A stretch of DNA of 8,990 nucleotides from Octopus sinensis. Taxonomy: Eukaryota. Below, piece by piece: positions 1-7,765 of this stretch (position 1 is its first letter; each line of letters begins with the position of its first letter). A program made the position numbers and the translations under genes. The notes below the pieces were generated by a model. That model was not told the origin of the DNA, did not search any database, and saw only the letters and a program-made list of their open reading frames with translations. Location: assembly GCF_006345805.1 (NCBI RefSeq), contig NW_021828153.1, positions 1-8,990 of the forward strand, written 5' to 3'.

Positions 1-236
1 TAGTTGCTGAACTGCTAAGTTACGGGTATGCAAGAACACCAACATCAGACACACAAACTATATATATGCACATATACAATTGGCTTCTTTCAGTTTCTGT
101 CTACCAAATCCCCTCACAAGGCTTGGTCAGCCCAAGGCTACAGTAGAAGACACTTGCCCAAGGTTCCACAGTGGGAATGAACCCAGAACCATGTGGTTCG
201 TCAGCAAGCTACTTACGACACAGCCACTCCTGCACC
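1..236 (-). mobile_element. SINE family A (tRNA-derived, CORE-like), diverged copy with internal deletion
   Basis: Minus-strand head GGTGCAGGAGTGGCTGTGTCGTAAG (A-box-like) and GGTTCATTCCC (B-box-like), then CCTTGGGCAAGTGTCTTC (CORE/MIR-like motif). It aligns with copies at 4501, 5421, 5965 and 8626. Positions 5-46 match the distal part seen at 8169-8214. Confidence 0.9.
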
Positions 237-241
237 TATAT

Positions 242-281
<40 letters not shown>
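237..281. repeat. (TA)n microsatellite
   Basis: Near-perfect TA run directly abutting the SINE head. Confidence 0.97.
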
Positions 282-285
<4 letters not shown>

Positions 286-359
286 TGGAATGAAATATTT
301 ATATAGTCAACCAGTTTCACTTATTCTCATCATGACTAAGCAGTTAGTGATAATGTTAC

Positions 360-559
360 ATGACACAAAGCCAGCAATTCTGAGGGGTGGGGAAATTGAT
401 TACATTGACCTTAGGGCTCACCTGGTACTTACACCATTGATCCCGAAAAGATGAAAGCAAAGTTGACCTCAGTGAAATTTGAAATCCGAATGTAAAGGCA
501 GATGAAATACTGATAAGCATTTTGCCTGGCATGCTAATTATTCTGCCTGCTTGCCACCT
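360..559 (-). mobile_element. SINE family B, old copy with alternative 3' tail
   Basis: Positions 397-559 align with 1281-1436 (ATTGATTACATTGACC...CTGGTACTT...GATGAAAGCAAAGTTGACCTC...AAGCATTTTGCCTGGCATGCTAA). Positions 360-396 differ from the tail of the other copies. Confidence 0.85.
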
Positions 560-563
560 CAGA

Positions 564-578
564 TGTGTGTGTGTGTGT
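564..578. repeat. (TG)n microsatellite
   Basis: Direct reading. Confidence 0.9.
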
Positions 579-973
579 ATACATTGAAAGAAAAAACAGT
601 GAGACAGATAAAATATTACATGTGATTCAATGTTCAATGAGACTAAATACCAAAAACAATTCAGTTCAAGTTACACAGATAACTGCAGAACAATTGAATA
701 TTATAAATAATAGATTTGTAGGTTTTTACAAAATGATATGCTTTCACTCTATTGTAGGGTTCATCAGAAACTGATATTTTTAATTTGTAGACACACCATA
801 AACTATATGGAAATGCACACATATACACATATATCATATAGCTACTCATCTGGCTCCCTTTTACCCTCCCTCTTCCTTTTTTGTTGTCTCTCTTCTCACC
901 CAGTATTGAGGGGAGAAAAGAAAGAAATAAATAAACAATGTTATATGCAGAGAAATGGAAAGGTTTTTGTGTT

Positions 974-1196
974 GGTGTTTCATTAAAATGTACCGAATTC
1001 ACTTTGTAAAAAAGATGGCAATAAAAAAGACAGCCAGCCATAGAACCTATGCTGAACATGTAACACATGAATGAGATGTAGTACACAACCCACAAGGTCA
1101 GGTAGTAACTACAGGTAAGGGCTGTGCCAGAGTATACCGATTCTTAAAACCCATGCCAGCAGAGAGAAACAGATGCAAAAGTGATGATGATGATGA
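974..1196 (+). mobile_element. Highly diverged 3' end of a non-LTR retroelement (LINE or LINE-tailed SINE) with (GAT)n tail
   Basis: CAGCCATAGAACCTATGC ... AACCCATGCCAGC...AAACAGATG-(GAT)n resembles a common octopus repeat 3' end as I recall it. Simple-repeat tails are typical of RTE/CR1/L2-type ends. There is no second copy in the window to confirm. Confidence 0.45.
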
Positions 1197-1208
1197 GGGA
1201 GAGGATGA

Positions 1209-1436
1209 TTTATTTATTTCTTTACTACCTACAAGGGCTAAACAAAGAGAGGACAAACAAGGACAGACAAACGGATTAAGTCGATTACATCGACCCCAGT
1301 ACGAAACTGGTACTTAATTTATCGACCCCGAAAGGATGAAAGGCAAAGTCGACCTCGGCGGAATTTGAACTCAGAACGCAGCGGCAGACGAAATACTGCT
1401 AAGCATTTCGCCTGGCGTGCTAACATTTCTGCCGGC
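1209..1436 (-). mobile_element. SINE family B, young near-full-length copy (about 10 nt of 5' end missing)
   Basis: Reverse complement aligns closely with 6140-6367. B-box GAGTTCAAATTCC is present, CpGs are retained, and the tail is AAAGAAATAAATA. Confidence 0.95.
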
Positions 1437-1461
1437 AACAACAATGATGAGAAAGATTATG

Positions 1462-1462
<1 letters not shown>

Positions 1463-1509
<47 letters not shown>

Positions 1510-1567
1510 CGACGATGATGACGATGACAATGATGATGATGATGAAAACGATGATGATTATGATGAT
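1463..1567. repeat. (GAT)n trinucleotide microsatellite, pure to about 1508, then interrupted by GAC/AAT/GAA
   Basis: Direct reading. Confidence 0.97.
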
Positions 1568-1646
1568 TGAATGAATGGTAAGTTTGACCTGATATTAAAG
1601 AACATAAGCTTCATTTTGATAGCTCACACACTGGTATTTCACATGT

Positions 1647-1665
1647 ACACACACACACACACACA
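1647..1665. repeat. (AC)n microsatellite
   Basis: Direct reading. Confidence 0.92.
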
Positions 1666-1834
1666 ATTTGTTTACACTAAATTCATCATTCTAGAGACTT
1701 TTCTCATTTGGATATCATTCAGTAACAAAGACTTTGAGGTGGTTGCTCTTTTCTTTAAGGTGCCCCCCATTCTGCCTCGGAATTAACCTGCAACCTCAAC
1801 CACCCCTGGAACTCCTTCTAACACAGACAATACA

Positions 1835-1935
1835 TTATTCCTTTTTTTAAGAGAGTTGAGAATTATTTGAGTAAGATTTGGCTGCTATTTCTAGTAAGCT
1901 AAGTGGCTTTATATAGCGGCTCTATTGTCGACTCA
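1835..1935 (-). repeat. Unclassified interspersed repeat fragment (family C)
   Basis: AGATTTGGCTGCTATTTCTAG is the reverse complement of a diverged motif at about 8840-8860 (TAGAAACAGCAAGCAAAACT), with weak flanking similarity. It also resembles a recurrent octopus repeat from memory. Confidence 0.45.
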
Positions 1936-2149
1936 CAAAGTATTTTGTGAACCACTCCTTGATATTGTTATAATGTTGATTAATTAAAGTCATTATACTT
2001 CCTACATCAAGGGCATTGGCACTTCCTACATAGTTTATTAGTTTGCAGTGCCAAACTCAATTTTACCGAAGTCTTGCAAGAATATCCGGAGACATATAAT
2101 CACAAACCACACAGCTGTTTACATCAGTGAATTGATATAGAAAGATGAT

Positions 2150-2395
2150 TATTTTTCCTGGTTCCATAAGGACCTAATGAGTTAAATAAGGTGATCCTGT
2201 CTCAGAGAAACTGTAATTGCTGTGGACACAGCTTTATCCATCATATAAATCGAACAAATCAAAAGATCAGTTGAATATTTTTCCTGGTTCCATAAGGAGC
2301 TAATGAGTTAAATAAGGTGATCCTGCCTCAGGGAAATGGGGATAGCTATGGATGCAGCCTTTTCCATCATATAAACCCAACAAATCAAAAGATCA
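2150..2395. repeat. Tandem duplication, two 120-bp units with 126-bp period
   Basis: 2150-2269 vs 2276-2395 aligns without gaps, with 15 mismatches in 120 (87.5%). Confidence 0.97.
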
Positions 2396-2967
2396 TAATT
2401 TTAGTAAAGGTATTTGCTGTAAAGTTCTGAATTCACAGACTTCCAAATATTTGATTAAAAGCTATCCGACGTTGTATTTTCCTGAATATTACATTTTATT
2501 CTTTCGCAGACAGTATATTCCCTATTAAGTTACAAAATGTTAACTTAATCATCACTGTAAATCATGCATAACCACACGAATCTTAACAGAGATGGATTTA
2601 AACCTAACCATGTTAGGATTTAAAGATTATTTGCCGAGTTGTGTGAGAAACTGAGAAAAATTAGAAAGAGCTGTGTGTAAAAACCTCAATGAACAGATTT
2701 CAGCAAACTGAGAAATAATTTTTCATATAAGATAACAAACTATCTTTTCACTTCATTCATTTGAAGTTGTTCATAAAATACAGAAGCAGATCAATGTATT
2801 TTTTTATATGTCTGATTTTGCAGCGCTTTTTCTTTCTTTGAGGTTGTTAAAGGCAAAGAAAATTTCTCTTCTGAATTTTGTATTAATGTACATTTGCTTA
2901 TACACACATACATACACTCATGGGTAAACCTCTAATTATACATAAATGTATGAAGATAATAACAGTT

Positions 2968-2999
2968 TATGTGTATGTGTGTGTATGTATGTGCATGTA

Positions 3000-3030
<31 letters not shown>

Positions 3031-3040
3031 CATGTATGCA
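2968..3040. repeat. Imperfect (TG)/(TATG)/(TA) microsatellite
   Basis: Direct reading. Confidence 0.9.
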
Positions 3041-3085
3041 TCAATATCGTTGTCTCTTTCTTTATCTCAATCTCACTCTCTCCCA

Positions 3086-3088
<3 letters not shown>

Positions 3089-3133
<45 letters not shown>

Positions 3134-3141
3134 TGATATAT

Positions 3142-3179
<38 letters not shown>

Positions 3180-3207
3180 TAGATAGATAGATAGATAGGT
3201 AGATAGG

Positions 3208-3254
<47 letters not shown>

Positions 3255-3271
3255 GTAGGTAGATAGATAGA
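3089..3271. repeat. Compound microsatellite (CT)n-(TA)n-(GATA)n with GGTA variants
   Basis: CT 3089-3108, TA 3109-3176, ATAG 3175-3271. Confidence 0.97.
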
Positions 3272-3302
3272 CTTTTCTACTAACTGAAAGACATAAAGTA
3301 TC

Positions 3303-3590
3303 TATTCATATATATGCATGCGTTTGTGTGTTTGAGTGTGTGTGTATGTGTGTGTACAGTCAGAACTGCGCGAAGTTGTGTATATATATATGTATGTATA
3401 TATATATATACACATATATAAATACATATATATATATGTATATATATATACACATATATATATACATATATATACATACATATATATGTGTGTGTGTATG
3501 TGTTTGTGTCTATGTGTGTGTGTGTGTAAATGCGTATGCTTGTATTTACATACACTTATGTATGAATATATTAGAGTGTTTATGTGGATG
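3303..3590. repeat. Imperfect alternating purine-pyrimidine block (TG/TA/CA)
   Basis: Direct reading; it explains the overlapping low-complexity ORFs. Confidence 0.92.
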
Positions 3591-4500
3591 TATTCATAAA
3601 AGAGCCTTATAACCCCTGAGATATTAAAATAGACAATGTTTTGAAATATCCTTGATCTTAGCCATCTTGTTATCGATGTAGTAAAAATGATTTTTTTTTT
3701 TTTTTTGAAAATAAGTGAGATTTTATTGCCTGTAAAAGCAGCACTGTACTGCTCTTGTCTTCTCTCACATACCATCTTATAAATTCATAATAAAAACATG
3801 AGAAGATAAGTAACCTATAAAAGTAATGATTTCCCTGGATAACGCTCTGCCTAATTGCATGGCAAAATAACTTAATGAAATTATCACCATATATGTTGTT
3901 GATGATATACTATACCAGTAGGTTTTTTTTTTACTTTATGGGTCTCTAACAAGACAAACGCACTAACATTATTTAGAGGAGTTAATCCATTTACTTACAA
4001 ACCACTGGGCATGGCTATTAATATATTCATTAAAAATTCATATGAAAAACCCACAAGAACAAAAATTTGCTCTAATCCCTGTTGCAATCTCAAAAAGAAA
4101 TAAAAGAACCCCCCCTCCTCCCTTCACTTCATCAATATATCTGTGTTTCCTTTTAATACTCCTCCCTACCATGGCCATCACCATCGTCACCGCAATTACT
4201 AACACTACAATCATCAAACACACAAGATAACTCAATATAGAAATTATTGATGTAAACCTCTTTCAAGCAAAGTTTGAGTTTAACTGCAGAAAAAAAAAAA
4301 AAAATTATATATATTCAGAAACACAATAAATATATATATATTGAATAAATGAGACCAGAAATCCTATTTAAAGTTAAAACTACTTCTTTAAAATGCATAA
4401 AGATGTACGAACCATTTTATTACATTTCCTAACGAATTTGCGCAACCATACACTTTCATTAGTATACCAAATCTAGTAAATATTCCATTATTGCAATTCA

Positions 4501-4591
4501 GGAACAGGTGTGGCTGTGTGGTAAGAAGCTTGCTTCCCAACCACATGGTTCCAGGTTCAGTCCCTCTGCATGGCACTTTGGCCAAGTGTCT
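4501..4591 (+). mobile_element. SINE family A, head-only (3'-truncated) copy
   Basis: GGAACAGGTGTGGCTGTGTGGTAAGAAGCTTGCTTCCCAACCACATGGTTCCAGGTTCAGTCCC...CTTTGGCCAAGTGTCT; similarity to the other copies stops after AAGTGTCT. Confidence 0.9.
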
Positions 4592-4880
4592 GAAATAAAT
4601 GTTTTACTCTTAAGTAGTGGTGATGGGTTGATATGCTGATCACTTCCTTACCAAAATTATGTGGTTTTGTGCCACAGGGAAGTTTTACACACCTTTCTTT
4701 TCCACCTGGCGTAATAATGTACCTACTCTACAGCAAGACATCTATCTCTGTACTTCTATATCTCTAATCTCTCATCAACTGGCACAAAATCATCCAGCCC
4801 CTCATTGCAAGTCCCTCCTCCCCACTGAGGAGGCTTTTGACCCTGTCAGTGCTATGGCACATAAAGAACACTGTGTCTTC

Positions 4881-5055
4881 TAGGATCTCGGGCATCCGCC
4901 ATCCGATTGCACTCAAATTTGATGTGTAGATACCAACGGTATCAGGGCATGTATAAATCTTGAAAAAATTACAAAAATCAATTCCAAGTGAGAATGCGAT
5001 TGATAAAGCTGTTTTTGTTTTGCTTTTCTTCTGTCAACCTGTACATGACTGCACC
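4881..5055. mobile_element. Possible non-autonomous DNA or rolling-circle element fragment (unclassified)
   Basis: Locally CpG-rich relative to background. It has a perfect hairpin GATACC-AAC-GGTATC (4929-4943) and a CCGATTGCACTCAAATTTG motif reminiscent of DINE-1/HINE-type cores. Termini are not identified. Confidence 0.3.
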
Positions 5056-5274
5056 TTCCATTTTTTGTTGTTTTTTTACTGCTTAAAAGCACATTTATTT
5101 CCTGCCAAGCTTACTGTTTAAACCATGTTTGTGTTCTCCCAGTCAACAGCCTTATCATTACTGGTACTTTAAACTCTTCGGTTGCATATTTGTGTGAATA
5201 AAATTTATCTTTGGAATAGAAAAAAAGTCTATCTTTATTTCTTCTTTTGCTGGTGTCTCAAATTTAGGTTAAAT

Positions 5275-5334
5275 CAGTGTTTCTCAAAGGGGAGGCCTAT
5301 GGGACGGCTGGACAAGTTGTTTTGAGAAAATTTG
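5275..5334. mobile_element. 60-bp hAT-like mini-MITE
   Basis: Left end CAGTGTTTCTCAAA; right end TTTGAGAAAATTTG (11/14 match to its reverse complement). Flanked in exact register by 8-bp direct repeats GGTTAAAT (5267-5274) and GTTTAAAT (5335-5342), 7/8 identical. Confidence 0.65.
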
Positions 5335-5396
5335 GTTTAAATGTTTGACAACTCAGCACCGTCCATTGGATGGTGGGGGGGGGGCGTTTTGCTCGC

Positions 5397-5572
5397 ATAT
5401 ATATATATATATATATATGAATGGCTTCTTTCAGCTTTCTACTAAATCCACTTACAAGGCTTTGGCTGACTTTGGGCTATAGCAGAAGACACTTGCCCAA
5501 GGTGCCATGCAGTGGGAATGAACCTGTAACTATGTGGCTAGGAAGCAAGCTTCTTACCACACACCCATACCT
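5397..5572 (-). mobile_element. SINE family A, head plus CORE-like part and internal (TA)n; distal half absent or unrecognisable
   Basis: 5421-5572 aligns with 81-236; (TA)n at 5397-5418 occupies the internal microsatellite position. Confidence 0.9.
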
Positions 5573-5710
5573 GACTGTTTATTTTTATAGACATTGTAGG
5601 ATAGGTGTAAGAGGCCAAATCTGACCAGTTTGAATGTAAATTTGGTGGAATTTGGTGGGTGGAGGGGCAAGTATTATATTATATTGTATAGTTTAATACT
5701 AAAGAGTTAA
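5573..5710. mobile_element. Possible partial piggyBac-like (TTAA) MITE
   Basis: Ends in CTAAAGAG-TTAA (reverse complement TTAA-CTCTTTAG, similar to TTAA-CCCT piggyBac ends). The internal GACATTGTAGGATAGGTGTAAGAGG resembles an octopus MITE from memory. The partner end is only weakly suggested at 5169-5180. Confidence 0.3.
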
Positions 5711-5964
5711 GGTAGTGTTACCTGTTCTTCAAATTATTGCTGTAACGTAAAATTCCAATACATGAGACATATTTTCTTATTGTCTTCCATGTAGCAGAAC
5801 ATTGGAAATCAATGATAGAAGAAAAAGTGGGTATTGTGTTATAGAATTTCACATAAAGTAAAACAATAGAATGCAATGAAATTAGTGATGGTCTGAATTA
5901 ACAAATAAATAATTCAATACAGTAAATAATTCAAGTATTGGAATAAATGCTATGATATCATAAC

Positions 5965-6743
5965 GGTACTGGAATAGCTGTGTGGTAAGAAGTCTGCCTC
6001 CCAACTAAACGGTTCTGGTTTCAGTTCCACTATGTGCCACCTTGAGCAGGTGTCTTCCACTATAACTTCAGGCTGACCAAAAGCCTTGTGAATTGATTTG
6101 GTAGACAGAAACTGAAAGAAACAGCTTGAAGACAGTGAGCTGGCAGAAACGTTAGCACACCGGGCAAAATGCTTAGCAGTATTTCATCTGCCGTTACATT
6201 CTGAGTTCAAATTCCGGCAAGGTCGACTTTGCCTTTCATCCTTTCGGGGTCGATTAAATAAGTACCAGTTACGCACTGGAATCGATATAATCGACTTAAT
6301 CTGTCTTAATTTGTCTGTCCTTGTTTGCCCTCTCTGTGTTTAGCCCCTTGTGGGTAGTAAAGAAATAGGTATTTCATTTACCATTACATTCTGAGTTCAA
6401 ATTTCGCCGAGGTCGACTTTGCCTTTCATCCTTACGGGGTCGATAAATAAAGTACCAGTTATGCACTGGGGTCGATGTAATCGACTTAATCCCTTTGTCT
6501 GTCCTTGTTTGTCCCCTCTATGTTTAGCCCCTTGTGGGCAATAAAGAAATAAGGAACTGAAAGAAACATGTCATATATATGTGTGTGGGAACCAATACCC
6601 AAGATTTAACAGCTTGGCAGAAAGATATCATACTTTAAAAAAAAACTGTACCAGGGGCAATTCATTCAACTAAGAAATTCTTCATAGTAGTGTCCCAGCA
6701 TGGGCCCTGTTTAATGACTGAAGCAAGTAAACGATAACAGATA
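5965..6743 (+). mobile_element. Full-length SINE family A, interrupted at 6124-6554 by the SINE B dimer
   Basis: Head at 5965-6123. It resumes at 6555 with AACTGAAAGAAACA-TGTC-(TA/TG)n and ends CCAGCATGG...AATGACTGAAGCAAGTAAACGATAACAGATA, matching the reverse complement of 8041-8100. Confidence 0.88.
6124..6554 (+). mobile_element. Dimeric SINE family B: full monomer 6131-6368 plus 5'-truncated monomer 6369-6552
   Basis: Two aligned monomers with a 190-nt offset. Perfect 14-bp TSD AACTGAAAGAAACA at 6110-6123 and 6555-6568. Confidence 0.95.
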
Positions 6744-6825
6744 CCTTGCAAAGGCAGAGAAATCTATTGTTTTCACCATTATATAGTTGAATGGGTGCTA
6801 AAATACTTTAGTGAGTGAAAGTAAT

Positions 6826-6890
6826 AACAACAACAACAACAAAAACAACAACAACAACAACAACAATAATGATAACAATTGATAATAATA
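6826..6890. repeat. (AAC)n microsatellite grading into (AAT/GAT)
   Basis: Direct reading. Confidence 0.93.
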
Positions 6891-7120
6891 AATTAAAAAT
6901 CAGGTAATTAAAATTGCTGTTGCAATCATAAGAAGAAAACCTAAGCCTCAGAGAGAGTAATGTTAATCAAATATGGTCAATGCAAAGGGATGACAACTCT
7001 GGAATTCTAATTAATGGAAAATTAAAATTATGCATGCAGTATAGGGGTGGGGGGCATGATAATGTTACCTTGAGGACAATATTAATTAAATCTGAATTTT
7101 CTTCAGTAATTATTATAACA

Positions 7121-7136
7121 TATATATGTATGTGTG

Positions 7137-7174
<38 letters not shown>

Positions 7175-7214
7175 TGTATATATATTATGTATATATATAT
7201 AATATATATATATA

Positions 7215-7255
<41 letters not shown>

Positions 7256-7276
7256 ATAATATATATATATATATAT

Positions 7277-7334
<58 letters not shown>

Positions 7335-7392
7335 AATATATATATACACACACACACACACATATATGCATATATATGTGTGTGTATGTGTG
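7121..7392. repeat. Long imperfect (TA)n with (TG)n and (CA)n blocks
   Basis: Direct reading. Confidence 0.96.
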
Positions 7393-7414
7393 TTTAGAAA
7401 AACTAGGTCAATTT

Positions 7415-7765
7415 TAGAACAGTTAGTTAATTTCAAATTTTAAATTTACAGCACAAAAACACAAGGTGATAATTGGAAGTTCAGTTAATGCTTAAATGAT
7501 AATTGTGACACACAGACACACATACACAAGCATTCACTCATACACACACACACGTACATGCACTCACACACAAGCACGTACACACACACACACACACGCA
7601 CACACACACTCATATTGTAGAGCAGTGAGTTAATTTCAAATTTCAAACTCGCAGCACTAAAACACAATGTGATAATCAAAATTTTAATTAATGGTTTAAG
7701 TAACAATCGAGGCACACTCTTACAAATGCATACACACATACAAAACACAGACATAAACATACACC
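7415..7765. repeat. Diverged tandem duplication with 203-bp period; each unit is about 100 bp unique sequence plus a CA-rich tract
   Basis: 7415-7473 vs 7618-7676 matches at 51/59. Weaker similarity continues to the CA tracts (about 7510-7612 and 7703-7765). Confidence 0.9.

Noticed and set aside
1463-1583. (GAT/GAC)n as a poly-Asp exon with an ATG|GTAAGT donor at 1577/1578
   Set aside because: The Asp frame stops (TGA 1568-1570) before the donor, and the upstream sequence is a SINE. GAC interruptions are ordinary transitions, and GTAAGT is expected by chance in 9 kb.
1997-2054. 8-bp inverted repeat TTGGCACT/AGTGCCAA with a miR-96-like seed, plus an 11-bp direct repeat ACTTCCTACAT
   Set aside because: Pairing does not extend to a pre-miRNA-length stem, and the sequence 3' of the seed is unlike the family as I know it.
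2150-2395. 126-bp units as duplicated exons, snoRNAs, miRNAs or a CRISPR-like array
   Set aside because: Stops in all frames tested, no shared H box or properly spaced C/D boxes with terminal stem, no long hairpin, and only two units with no repeat-spacer pattern.
2597-2624. Small hairpin TTTAAACCTAAC-CAT-GTTAGGATTTAAA
   Set aside because: AT-rich, bulged and isolated; compatible with chance.
3999-4283. Minus-strand candidate exons 4088-3999 (90 nt) and 4283-4170 (114 nt)
   Set aside because: The first needs a rare GAG acceptor. The second relies on a poly-A run as its pyrimidine tract and encodes a degenerate microsatellite. Neither peptide is recognisable.
4501-4575. tRNA gene calls for SINE heads
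   Set aside because: No full cloverleaf or acceptor stem; they continue into SINE body sequence and occur as diverged repeats.
5143-5163. 21-nt candidate exon (CTCCCAG|...CTG|GTACTT)
   Set aside because: Weak donor and no recognisable peptide, alone or joined to 5795-5830.
7240-7368. (TG)n-(TA)n-(CA)n self-complementary arrangement
   Set aside because: Self-complementarity is intrinsic to alternating purine-pyrimidine tracts and needs no special explanation.
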